From IMG/VR virus record IMGVR_UViG_3300020166_000747: DNA of 64,000 nucleotides. One strand, written 5' to 3'. The stretch comes from a virus. A program made the position numbers and the translations under genes. Shown here in pieces: positions 49,855 through 60,087 of the stretch (positions are counted from its first letter, which is position 1; each line of letters starts with the position of its first letter). The notes beneath the pieces were generated by a model. The model was not told where the DNA came from, made no database searches, and saw only the letters and a program-made list of their open reading frames with translations.

Positions 49855-50911
49855 CAACTCTATACTTAGTTGCCTCAACATCAGCAATACAGCTACACCA
49901 ATCGTATTCACAGATTCTACCAGTTACTGGAAATTCTATGTTATCTGGATCGTTCATCATTCCGTGTTTCAAATCCGAAAAACAACTGCTACCAGAAGTT
50001 ACAACGCCGCGTTCATCAACTTTTAATGTTTCAACCCCTATATTACACATCCAGCCTTTCCAACTATTTCTGCCCGCGGCCATTGTATCATTTGATTGAG
50101 TGAACTCTATTTTTCCAGTATACGTATTAACAAATCGCATTAGTTTTCCATATGCTACCCGGCTTTGTTTTCTTTTATTCAACTCATGTTCAAAATTATC
50201 ACTATTTTTTAAATCGACATTAAAAAATTTAGGCTCACCTGCATATTTCTTAATTTCTTCTAAAAAGTCTGCACTATAATCAAATGTTTTATCATCGACA
50301 ATCGTTACTTGTAAACTTTTTGGGATAATACTACTACATTTAGCGTTTTCATAATAATATTTTGCTGCTTCTAAGCAATGATCCTCCAATGGCGGATACA
50401 TACATACCTGTACGCTAGTGACTACTCCCGCATCGTATAATATATTAAGTACATCGGTACAGTGAACATAATCTGCATTTTCGGGATGCCAACTAATAAT
50501 AACTTCATCAAATAAGTTAGCATTGCGTTTCCACCAATTCAAAGTACGAGATCCATTGGTCAATACACGCACAACACAATCTGGATCATATTCTTTGACT
50601 TTATTGAAAAATTTAGAGAAGTCTTTCCAGACCGTAGGTTCACCACCTAGTAAGTTCCATACAATCTTTTGTTTTCCAATTGAACGGTAATGGTCAGTAG
50701 TGCGTTTCACAAAATTAAATGCTATATCAACCTCTGGCCAAGCAAAGGTACCACCATACGACATTGGATGACAATAAGTACACTTATAATTACACGTGTT
50801 ACCTAAGGTCCAATCCACTATTACATAATCGTTTCCCATAATAGATTCATATCTATTATATTCTGAATTTAATTGGTCATTAGATTTGCTGATAAACTTA
50901 ATCTCTTGCAT
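49850..50911 (-). CDS. radical SAM protein
   Basis: WTLGNTCNYKCTYC, GGEPT, C-terminal Cys cluster; ATG 50911. Confidence 0.92.
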   Translation of the reverse strand: MQEIKFISKSNDQLNSEYNRYESIMGNDYVIVDWTLGNTCNYKCTYCHPMSYGGTFAWPEVDIAFNFVKRTTDHYRSIGKQKIVWNLLGGEPTVWKDFSKFFNKVKEYDPDCVVRVLTNGSRTLNWWKRNANLFDEVIISWHPENADYVHCTDVLNILYDAGVVTSVQVCMYPPLEDHCLEAAKYYYENAKCSSIIPKSLQVTIVDDKTFDYSADFLEEIKKYAGEPKFFNVDLKNSDNFEHELNKRKQSRVAYGKLMRFVNTYTGKIEFTQSNDTMAAGRNSWKGWMCNIGVETLKVDERGVVTSGSSCFSDLKHGMMNDPDNIEFPVTGRICEYDWCSCIADVEATKYRVE

Positions 50912-51999
50912 TATTGAAACTGTGCCTTGAATGCATCGAACTCTTTGCCACATGTTTTAGAACATACCATTGGTTTGCCAGCATGAGTATTTGGTTTACC
51001 CCAACTATCAACTAAGTTTTTAGTGAAGTAATCATTTTCAAGTACAGCCTTGATGCCATGCTTTCCGGCATCAAATGCATCTTTGCCACCACTACCTTGT
51101 ATTAGTTCCCATACTTGATTTTGTCCTGGCTTTTGCCACCACTTATACATGTTGCCTGCAACCCAACAACATGGGAGTACAAGACCTTCAGCACTTAGAT
51201 ACATGTTCTTTTCTTTTGCAACTTTACAGCTAATTTGTACATTGTCAAAGTATTGTTCTAGTGATCCGTGTTTCTCTTTTAGTTCTTCGATCTTGTCGAG
51301 TGCTTTATTTTGGTACTTAACTTCTTTTGGCTTTGCAAGTAATTGTTGCTTTTCGCCCTTGCGATTAACAGCTTGGTGCTTTTCTTTGCCTGCAATTTGC
51401 ATAGTAGAAAAGAAGCGACCAGTCTTCTTTGGCATAAACTTTCTAAACCCAACTTTTTCAGCAAGCGCCCGTGCTTCTTCAACCTGATGCTCGTTGTGTT
51501 CAAAGATAAGATAATCCCATTCTGCTTTACCGCCTGCTTCAATGAATGCTAGTGCATTCTCCCAAGCGATATCCCAATTAACACCTTGTCTGTATAGATG
51601 ATTTGTATCACCAAGTCCATCAAACGAGAACTTTAGATATGACCAGTTACCTAGAGTCTTAGCAAGTTCTCTCCACCAGTCTGGCTTCTTTGCACCAGCG
51701 TTTGTATTCATGCCTAATGTAAGTTCTTTCTTACATGAACGAAAATATTGAAATACTTCTAGCGTATCTTTAGCTACGATAGGATCACCAAAATTTCCAC
51801 ATAGATAAATTCTATCAAGTTGTTTGACAAACTCTGGCGGCATAATACGCTGTACATCTTCTAATGACAGTTCATGCATTCCCAAGTTTGGGTTGTCAGC
51901 ACCACCGTTCTGATTTCGATCACACATAGGACATGTCGCCTGACACTTCTCTGTAATTTCTAAATGTACAACCCTAATATCTTCATAGCTGTATAGCAT
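50911..51999 (-). CDS. radical SAM/SPASM-type protein
   Basis: CQATCPMC, GNFGDP, PCCW, CSKTC. Confidence 0.92.
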   Translation of the reverse strand: MLYSYEDIRVVHLEITEKCQATCPMCDRNQNGGADNPNLGMHELSLEDVQRIMPPEFVKQLDRIYLCGNFGDPIVAKDTLEVFQYFRSCKKELTLGMNTNAGAKKPDWWRELAKTLGNWSYLKFSFDGLGDTNHLYRQGVNWDIAWENALAFIEAGGKAEWDYLIFEHNEHQVEEARALAEKVGFRKFMPKKTGRFFSTMQIAGKEKHQAVNRKGEKQQLLAKPKEVKYQNKALDKIEELKEKHGSLEQYFDNVQISCKVAKEKNMYLSAEGLVLPCCWVAGNMYKWWQKPGQNQVWELIQGSGGKDAFDAGKHGIKAVLENDYFTKNLVDSWGKPNTHAGKPMVCSKTCGKEFDAFKAQFQ

Positions 52000-53197
52000 T
52001 GTATTCCTCTTTTATAAAATCCCAAACTTCTGGGATATAATCTTTAATATGTTGATTTCTGGACTTGTCAACAATCTTGGTACGGTGAGCCAAATCAGTA
52101 ATAGGAAATTCCCTATCATCGTAGTATAACCGTTCTAATACTGGTATTACTTTTTTCTTCATATGCGTCCTGTTCAACTCGCCTTTATCTATATCATCAA
52201 GTAAACGAATTAATAACTGTATGCGTTTATCTCTAATCTTTTTTGGTATCGATAAACAACTTAATGTTTCGGGGGTAATTAGTAATTCTGGTCTTGTATA
52301 GACACCTATCTCGCTACTCCATTTAAGCATTTCATGTAAATTGAATAGATTGTATGCTTGTAAAGTATAACTTATTTCTCCATAAGATGCAAGAGAATGA
52401 TACGTTCTTATGTTCTTATTTATTGAATTAAATTTTACGGGGTGCCTGATATACTCAACTGTTTTACTAGTACCGTCTATACTGTAATTAAACGATATCT
52501 CACTGAACTTAGAAATCTTGTCAATAAAACGCTTGTTACCATTAGTACAGTTCGTAGTAAAATGAATAGGTACATCTAACATATCACGTTCAATAAGAAT
52601 ATCTAAGAACTTATCTACTTCTGGCATAATTGTAGGTTCACCACCAAGAAACTTGACTCTTCTACCTTTATCAGCATTTTCTAGAAGAAACTCGATATTA
52701 TGTTCTCTCTGTAAAACATTACTCTCTCTAATGTTACCTCTACCGAACACAGGTTCCAATGTCGTGTCTTTTTTTACTTCTTTTTGTATTGTTGAACTTG
52801 CTACAGGACCACACATTCTACAACCGAGATTACATAAGTTTCCGGGACGAATATCTAAATCAATAGGAGAACCATATTGGTTTCCAGTTTTAAGATTGGG
52901 AATAATGCCCAACGTCTCATACGAATTAGCAAATCTATTTCGGTCACTTACACCACCATTGTCTTCTAAATCAAAACATTTACTACACATAGATGGACGT
53001 TTATCATCTAAGAAATCTTGTCTAATACCAGTTAAGTATTCATTAGTCCAACGTTTTTTTAAATCTAGTTCAGTCCAGTCTTTTACTACGTTATCCATTT
53101 CATCAGTTGACATACAACATACACGTTCGCCTTCATTGCTATGAACATACATATGAATAAAAGGAGCATAGCAAAAGTTTTTAGGTAAATCTGTCAT
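51983..53197 (-). CDS. twitch-domain radical SAM protein
   Basis: FCYAPF, VCC, CSKC, CNLGCRMC, GGEP. Confidence 0.92.
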   Translation of the reverse strand: MTDLPKNFCYAPFIHMYVHSNEGERVCCMSTDEMDNVVKDWTELDLKKRWTNEYLTGIRQDFLDDKRPSMCSKCFDLEDNGGVSDRNRFANSYETLGIIPNLKTGNQYGSPIDLDIRPGNLCNLGCRMCGPVASSTIQKEVKKDTTLEPVFGRGNIRESNVLQREHNIEFLLENADKGRRVKFLGGEPTIMPEVDKFLDILIERDMLDVPIHFTTNCTNGNKRFIDKISKFSEISFNYSIDGTSKTVEYIRHPVKFNSINKNIRTYHSLASYGEISYTLQAYNLFNLHEMLKWSSEIGVYTRPELLITPETLSCLSIPKKIRDKRIQLLIRLLDDIDKGELNRTHMKKKVIPVLERLYYDDREFPITDLAHRTKIVDKSRNQHIKDYIPEVWDFIKEEYNAIQL

Positions 53198-54604
53198 TTA
53201 TTTTCTTCCAATAACCATATATCTGTCATACTTTTCTAAATTAAGTGTACCTTTGAAAATGACTTCTGACAAGTTAAGTTTATCGGACCATGCATCCTCA
53301 TGTCCGATAGTATTCACTACTGTATCATCATCATGTTCTACAAAGTTGTTGTTCTGCATAATAACAAGTGTTCCTTTTGGAATGCTGCCGAACCATTCAT
53401 CAAAATCTTCAATGTGTTCACAACTAGTATTGATAACGCAGGTTGGACCTTCAATATCAAGTGTAGATTTAGTCTTCTCAAATTCTGTTGCATCGCTATA
53501 CTTGTAATGATTAACAGGCAATGTTTGTGCCTCATATTTTAGTTTACGGACATCACGCACGAAACTCTTAAATCTCATGTTATCCATGATGTACTCTTTA
53601 TTAAGAGTGTCAGCTGGATTATCCGTACTAGGGTCAATATCAAAACTGTAGATGTTTTTAGCATCGATACGTTCAAACATTAATGCACTTAATACGCCAT
53701 ACCACCCAGCGCATACATATATGGTGTCACCTAAATCAATCTCAAGTGCGGTCACCATGTCAATCAACCACTTCTTAGAGCGCAGTTGTCCACGCGAAAA
53801 CGCATCTGTTAGCGCATCGCCTTCAAAACGATTAATCATCTTTTTCATATTCTGTGGGATGATGTATCTGCTTCCAGTAATAAAGTCAACAGTATCAGCC
53901 ATCTTTGTTTTCATGAGCGTGTTTGATTTAAGGAGTCCAACTTCTTCACATTCTGGATCAATAGCTTGTAGAACTTTAAATAGTAAGAATAAGTCTGGAT
54001 CAGTTTCTACTGCAACAATGTTCTTCAATGCGTCAAGTATCTCAACTGTTGGGTCTGGCATTTCCATAACTACTCTGAATAGTAATTCAGTTTGTAGCAA
54101 CACAAAGCGATTAGTACCACATGCATTTTTTAACGCACCAAGTACTTCACTTTCACCCAATGCACGTTCAATAACATTGAATAGAACAAAGATATTATCA
54201 CGTGAGAACTCACCGTCACCACATGTAATGTTCTTTAAATTGTCAATAAAGTCAGTTTCATCAGGATACAATCCATGTAGAACTCTGAAAACAAGATAAA
54301 GTTTTTGTCTATCTGGTGTATCTACTGCCATAAAATTACGCAATGCATCAAGTGCATCTTCATCTTGTGAAATTGCATTGATTACTTTAAATAGAACGAA
54401 TACGTTGTCATCTTCTGTACGTTCATATACAAGGTTCATAAACGCTCTTACAGTCTCACTATGCTTGCGTCCTAGCATAAACTGTGCAAGTGTAAATATA
54501 CTAGAAAGTTCTTCTGTGTTTACGACACGCTCTAGTTCTTGTACAAGTGGATACTTCTCGCCGTATAGCAGTGATAGTCTATCTGCAATTTGATATGGTT
54601 TCAT
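53198..54604 (-). CDS. class I SAM-dependent MTase-fold protein with N-terminal helical repeats
   Basis: VCAGWYG...SFDID, INTSCEH; about 35-aa repeats. Confidence 0.7.
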   Translation of the reverse strand: MKPYQIADRLSLLYGEKYPLVQELERVVNTEELSSIFTLAQFMLGRKHSETVRAFMNLVYERTEDDNVFVLFKVINAISQDEDALDALRNFMAVDTPDRQKLYLVFRVLHGLYPDETDFIDNLKNITCGDGEFSRDNIFVLFNVIERALGESEVLGALKNACGTNRFVLLQTELLFRVVMEMPDPTVEILDALKNIVAVETDPDLFLLFKVLQAIDPECEEVGLLKSNTLMKTKMADTVDFITGSRYIIPQNMKKMINRFEGDALTDAFSRGQLRSKKWLIDMVTALEIDLGDTIYVCAGWYGVLSALMFERIDAKNIYSFDIDPSTDNPADTLNKEYIMDNMRFKSFVRDVRKLKYEAQTLPVNHYKYSDATEFEKTKSTLDIEGPTCVINTSCEHIEDFDEWFGSIPKGTLVIMQNNNFVEHDDDTVVNTIGHEDAWSDKLNLSEVIFKGTLNLEKYDRYMVIGRK

Positions 54605-55536
54605 TATTTGTATCCTATTTTCATGTAATATTGTTTATCACCGTATGTGATAACACCAGTGTATAGTTCAAAACTCATTGGAAATTGCTTGTTAAAGTTT
54701 TGTGAACTTGCAAACGGTTTAGGTACATCACCAGTTTCACCGACTAGTACAAGTCTGCGCATGTCTGGAATCATCTTATACCAATCTTTATAGTTCTTCA
54801 AATAACTAATATTAGTATTAATAAGAGTTCCAGGAATTTCTGAGAATGGATTACTTAGCTCACCGTTCTGTAATTGTGTGATAAACGTATGTTCATCATA
54901 TCCGATATTGAACAAGTCTTGTGTCGTTGCTTTGAAGCGCCAGTCTGCAAGTAGTTCTTTACTCATCATTTCATCTGCTAAGAATTGACATACACCATTG
55001 ATGTCAAATGAGCGGATATTCTCGAATCTAAGTCTAGTGTCAAATAGCATCGCTGGAAGGATTCCCATGCCGCCGCCAAGAACATAGATTGCACCAAGAT
55101 ACTTTTCACCGAATGCATGTTGCATCTGTTGTGTAATCCAACTATATACTTTAGCATTCTCTTTGTTAACGAAAGATGAAATGTCAACGTTTGGATACGA
55201 GTAAATGATTTCTTTTAATCTGTCTGTTAGCTTGTCTTCAATTGGCGGAGTAATATGTGTCAAGAAGTCCATTGCTTGGCGATAGTTACCTAGTTGTTGT
55301 GCAACGTTCTCTTTTGAGTATGTAACTGCCATATCTTGATAATCGTAATCAAGTTTCGCTAGTGGCTTTTCACGTCTACGACTAACACGCTTGTAGTTGA
55401 TTGTTTCAGTAATCTCTGGTTCTTCGTCCAATTCTTCCTGTTCAATCAAGTCTGTTACGCCAACCTCATCGTATAACTCATCATTCTTTTTAATGTTTGC
55501 AGCTCTGCGGTTTCTACGTTCACGTATATTACTCAT
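54604..55536 (-). CDS. MTase-fold paralogue
   Basis: VLGGGMG...SFDIN, INTN, C-terminal M.IG.K shared with the neighbour. Confidence 0.65.
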   Translation of the reverse strand: MSNIRERRNRRAANIKKNDELYDEVGVTDLIEQEELDEEPEITETINYKRVSRRREKPLAKLDYDYQDMAVTYSKENVAQQLGNYRQAMDFLTHITPPIEDKLTDRLKEIIYSYPNVDISSFVNKENAKVYSWITQQMQHAFGEKYLGAIYVLGGGMGILPAMLFDTRLRFENIRSFDINGVCQFLADEMMSKELLADWRFKATTQDLFNIGYDEHTFITQLQNGELSNPFSEIPGTLINTNISYLKNYKDWYKMIPDMRRLVLVGETGDVPKPFASSQNFNKQFPMSFELYTGVITYGDKQYYMKIGYK

Positions 55537-58500
55537 CGTTCTTTTCCTTAAACTTTTCTTCTAGCCATTCAAAGTCGTTAATCTTTCCTAGCATTTCATC
55601 ATTGCCTGCATATTCTGTTCCCCATGCACGTCCTGCTCTAGCACCTGCAATTGCATACGTACCGAACTCACGGTCTTCACCTTTAGTACACCATGCTTCT
55701 AATCTTTCATCGTCTTCGTCTTGTTTGTTACGATGAATAATGCTAGAACTCAACTTAGTACATTCGCGGAAAGCAGACTTCCAAGTATTGAATGGGTCTG
55801 TATTAAATGCCGTGTAGTTAGCTGGTGTTGGCATCGGCTTAAACTTCTCAGAGATAGATGTTGTAAAGTCAATGCGCCAGTCTTTTGCATCACGTAGCAA
55901 CTGTGTTGGGAATAGTTTTAGTCCGCCATAACCATAAATCAAATCATTCACTGGGTTCTTAGACTTCCAAGTGTGTACTGTGTCTTCGTCCCATACGCTT
56001 GGGAAATATTCAAAGTTGAATTCTTCAAGCAATAGAGCATCAGCATCAATCACATAGAACATGCGAGTATCAGCTAAGTTTGCTGCCGCTTGGTGTGCAT
56101 TAAAGATACCTTTAACCCCATGTACTCTCTTTGCATGTGGCACACGTTCTAATAGTTTAGCATAGTTTCTATCAGCGAACTTCTCCTGATAACTCAACAT
56201 GATAACATCATATGGAATGTCACGTGTAACCGCTGTTGCCTTCTTGATTGGTTTCTTATTCTTAAAAGTCATCTTACGTAACTTGTCAGCATCAGGTTTT
56301 AATTCTTTAATTGCACTTGCTGGAATAAGTTTTAGTCCGCCGAATTGATGCACAAACCCAGTGTATGGGTTTTCTTTAGGCCACAGATGAAAGTGTGACT
56401 TATGATGTCGATCAACATAGTGTGTTCTGTCAAAATCTTCTAGCATTTCTACATCATTGTCTAGTGCCCAGAAATAACCGGTCTTTGTCATCCTAGCGGC
56501 TTTTTGATATGCCTCTGCCAAGTCTGTTGCATCAATCACATCAATGTTCTTGTGTTCTGTGAACTTTGCAGTGTTTTCAGAATACATACCTTCATCAAAA
56601 TAGAATGCTGGGTGACCTACAACACGTGATGCAGTTTTATCTACACGAATAATATTTTTAAATCTATCAAATGAGAAGTCTTCTTTGCTCGGATTGAATT
56701 GCTCAAGATGTGGTCTATGTACAAGATATACACCAGCTTCCCCGTCACCCTCACTTTTAAACGCAAATACGTTTTCGATAGAGTGAATATCTGGATAGTA
56801 ATCAAAATCCCAATCTTCTAGTAGGTCAACCGCAGTATCAACTACCCAATAAAACACGTGCTTCTTGGATTGTGTGTATGCTTTGTATGGGTCGCGGGTG
56901 TAATACTTTTTGATAGTGTGTCTATCTGGAATACGTGCCACGATATCATCATAATATTTTACATTCTCTGAATGATATGCTTTATTTGATAGAGCAAGAC
57001 CGCCATGTCCTAGTCTTTCACCTTTGCGTGACTCAAAAGAGAAAATATGCGTAGGACCAGTGTCATACAAGTCTGGATAGAAATCATCAATCGTAGTATC
57101 CGTTAATTGTAAATCTGGGTTAACCATCCAGAATGTATCTTGTGTAGCAAGTTTTACTGCCTCTTCAACTGTACGTGCTTCGACACGTTCAATTGTTTGT
57201 AGTTTACCTGCAACTATATCAGTATCTTTTTGTTGTTCAGTATCGCCGCCATTATGCGGAACAAGGCGTACTCCGTTACGAATAGCGGTGTCTCCATTAA
57301 GAACATTAAAGTTATGCGTATAGTGTCTATCATATGATAATGGCACATAGTCTGGTTGTTCAAAGTCTACGTGGTTCGCAACTAACCAAACCATTTCTGT
57401 ATCAGCTTTTGATGCAACCGACGTATCTAACAAATCATCTACACGCATAACATCAAATGGTATGTCAGTAAGTTCTTTAGTTTCTACATAAGATGCTCTA
57501 CGTCTAAAGTTAAATTTTGTGTATTGCTTATCATCGAATTCTGCATAGTCTTTTCTGAATAATCCAACCCCATAGAATTCACGTGCATCACCTGCATGAT
57601 TTGTTCTTTGCCATACGACAATCTGTTTGCGACCTTCTTCAGTTAATGAAAAATCAAATTCGTAATCAAAGTTGAAGTCTCCAACTTTAGTATCGGCAGT
57701 TATGATGTAATAATAATTGTACTTAGAATTCTTACTTGCATACTCATGCAATTCTATCCCAGTCTTGTGATTGCAACGTTCTATACGTGGAAAGCGTTTT
57801 TCAAGTTCTTTAAAGTTTGCATCACCGAAGCCACGATCCCAATAGAATATATTATATTCTGGTACTACAGAAACTTCACGTTCATGGAACTTTACACTGT
57901 ATTCATCATATTCCTTAGTTAATAGAACTACGCCCTTTTGAAAAATATGTGCAGATGCTTGTTCATATAAATCAGGATAGAAATCAAAATTAGTAAGTTC
58001 AACTGCTGGATCAACAATAAGTGACGGGTATGATTTTACTTGTTCTATTCCTCCTTTGAGTGTTGATGACAGAATAACATCAAACTCTTTCACATTGCCC
58101 AACACCTTATCAATATCTTTTTGTTTTTCTTCATCATAGTTACATGGAACAAGTTTGATATGATTACGTGCTACTGCACCTGTATGTGTTACAATGTTAA
58201 AATTATGAATATACTTTTTATCATACGATGGTGGAACAAAGTCTGGTGTGAAGTTTTCTACACAATCATCTACTACCCAAGCCATTTCATAACCACATTT
58301 GTTAACATCATCTATAGATTTAACAGTCGGATACATGATTGGTTTCACATCATTCGTTTGTGCATAGATTGCTCTACGCCTGAAATCAAAGTTATGATAC
58401 TTCTTATCTGCAAATAAGTCATAGTCTTTTCTGAACAGGCCCACACCTTTATATTCTAATGGCATATCATTAAAGTCTGTTTTCTGCCACACCACAATCT

Positions 58501-60049
58501 GTTGTCTGCCTTCTTCTGTCATAGAAAAATCAAACTCGTAATTGAAGTCAAAATTACTCACATCAACATCATCTGTAATGAAATAGTAATAATTGAATTT
58601 ACTTTTCTCTTGTGCTTGTTTGTGTGCTTCTACAATGTCACCTGATAGCACAGTATAATCTGTATATTGTTTTACACTCTCTGTATTATTTCCAGAGTCA
58701 TATACAAACACATCATATTTTGGGATATGGGAAACCACTGTCTCATGGAACTTTACATTATATTCGTCATACTCACTATTAATAAACACAACGCCTTTAT
58801 TGAACACATGTGCGCTTGCTAAGTCATACAAGTCAGGATAAAAGTCAAAACTATCTACTAGTTCTACTGCTGGATCAACAATTAAAGTAGGATAAGTTTC
58901 AGCTTTTGATATCCCACCTTTAAGTGTAGATGCATTAACAACATTTGTTTCTTTTAAAGTACCTACTACTTGATCAATATCTTTTTGTAACTCAATGTCT
59001 ACATTTTTGGGGACAAGTCTAACACCATTTCGTACTACATTACCGTTCGATGTTTTTACGTTAAAGTTATGAATGACTTCTCTATCATATGAAAACGGAT
59101 AGTATTCGTCAGAAAAATCTTCTACATCATCATGTACAAGCCAATACATATCAGTATCAACATCATGATTTAAATTATGAAGGTCTTTAGTACGAATTAC
59201 AGGAAACTCTAAGTCACGTGCAATAGGGTCACGTTCATATACTGCTTTGCGTCTAAAGTTAAAGATAGCATACTCACGTTCTTTAAACATGAGACCATCT
59301 TTTGGGAACAATCCAATACCGTGATACTCTCTAACTAAATTTGTCTTGGGGTTTTCTTTTTGCCATACAACAACTTTTTGATTTTCTTTATCTAGTCCAA
59401 ATGCAAACGAGTAATCAAAATTGAATGTGTCAAAAATCTCTGTATTTGGATGTATTAGATAATAGAAATCAGTACGTGTTTCTTTGCGACACATTTCATG
59501 TACATCAATATTAGTTTCGCCACGAACTACATTTATACCAGGGAACCGTTCTTTTAGCTTTTCAAAGTTTTCTTTCCCATAGTCTTTTTCCCAATAAAAG
59601 ATATCATATGTTTCAGTAGTCGGCTTGTATTCTACATTGTCAGTAGTATGCTCTTTAAAGTCACCAGTCAAATAATATGCATCTTGGATATACTGAACTT
59701 CTTTGTTCTTCACATCACTAGTTTTAAATAGCTTAACACCAACAACTGAACGGAATACATTACGCTCCTCTGCATTCCAAACATGTACAACGTCTTCATC
59801 CCAATTATCGGTCTGAAAGTCGAAATCGAAATCATCATCGACACATACATCTGGATCAATAATCCAGAAGTGTTTTGTGTTTGTGATAGCAGCAATTTTA
59901 CTAATCGCTTTATCAATCTTTGGATCGCTCCAGTCTTCTAGATTGATTTTAACCATGCGAAAGTTAGGATATTTTTTACATATCCTATCTAAACGTTCAT
60001 TAGTTTCTCTATCTGATTTGTAAGTTAGATAAAAACCGTCGTATGCCAT
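55529..60049 (-). CDS. giant protein of tandem GT-A glycosyltransferase-like repeats
   Basis: Recurring aromatic-x-x-DxD-like motifs (IIDPD, ALDND, VIDAD); about 290-aa internal repeats. Confidence 0.7.
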   Translation of the reverse strand: MAYDGFYLTYKSDRETNERLDRICKKYPNFRMVKINLEDWSDPKIDKAISKIAAITNTKHFWIIDPDVCVDDDFDFDFQTDNWDEDVVHVWNAEERNVFRSVVGVKLFKTSDVKNKEVQYIQDAYYLTGDFKEHTTDNVEYKPTTETYDIFYWEKDYGKENFEKLKERFPGINVVRGETNIDVHEMCRKETRTDFYYLIHPNTEIFDTFNFDYSFAFGLDKENQKVVVWQKENPKTNLVREYHGIGLFPKDGLMFKEREYAIFNFRRKAVYERDPIARDLEFPVIRTKDLHNLNHDVDTDMYWLVHDDVEDFSDEYYPFSYDREVIHNFNVKTSNGNVVRNGVRLVPKNVDIELQKDIDQVVGTLKETNVVNASTLKGGISKAETYPTLIVDPAVELVDSFDFYPDLYDLASAHVFNKGVVFINSEYDEYNVKFHETVVSHIPKYDVFVYDSGNNTESVKQYTDYTVLSGDIVEAHKQAQEKSKFNYYYFITDDVDVSNFDFNYEFDFSMTEEGRQQIVVWQKTDFNDMPLEYKGVGLFRKDYDLFADKKYHNFDFRRRAIYAQTNDVKPIMYPTVKSIDDVNKCGYEMAWVVDDCVENFTPDFVPPSYDKKYIHNFNIVTHTGAVARNHIKLVPCNYDEEKQKDIDKVLGNVKEFDVILSSTLKGGIEQVKSYPSLIVDPAVELTNFDFYPDLYEQASAHIFQKGVVLLTKEYDEYSVKFHEREVSVVPEYNIFYWDRGFGDANFKELEKRFPRIERCNHKTGIELHEYASKNSKYNYYYIITADTKVGDFNFDYEFDFSLTEEGRKQIVVWQRTNHAGDAREFYGVGLFRKDYAEFDDKQYTKFNFRRRASYVETKELTDIPFDVMRVDDLLDTSVASKADTEMVWLVANHVDFEQPDYVPLSYDRHYTHNFNVLNGDTAIRNGVRLVPHNGGDTEQQKDTDIVAGKLQTIERVEARTVEEAVKLATQDTFWMVNPDLQLTDTTIDDFYPDLYDTGPTHIFSFESRKGERLGHGGLALSNKAYHSENVKYYDDIVARIPDRHTIKKYYTRDPYKAYTQSKKHVFYWVVDTAVDLLEDWDFDYYPDIHSIENVFAFKSEGDGEAGVYLVHRPHLEQFNPSKEDFSFDRFKNIIRVDKTASRVVGHPAFYFDEGMYSENTAKFTEHKNIDVIDATDLAEAYQKAARMTKTGYFWALDNDVEMLEDFDRTHYVDRHHKSHFHLWPKENPYTGFVHQFGGLKLIPASAIKELKPDADKLRKMTFKNKKPIKKATAVTRDIPYDVIMLSYQEKFADRNYAKLLERVPHAKRVHGVKGIFNAHQAAANLADTRMFYVIDADALLLEEFNFEYFPSVWDEDTVHTWKSKNPVNDLIYGYGGLKLFPTQLLRDAKDWRIDFTTSISEKFKPMPTPANYTAFNTDPFNTWKSAFRECTKLSSSIIHRNKQDEDDERLEAWCTKGEDREFGTYAIAGARAGRAWGTEYAGNDEMLGKINDFEWLEEKFKEKNDE

Positions 60050-60087
60050 ACTTACCCTATAGTTGTAATTTCTTACATTATAACAGA

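Noticed and set aside
19430-50953. Track starts at 19430, 21402, 23324, 29481, 33126, 36602, 38331, 38931, 39482, 47633 and 50953
   Set aside because: The extensions overlap upstream genes or terminators; downstream starts fit motifs and coupling better
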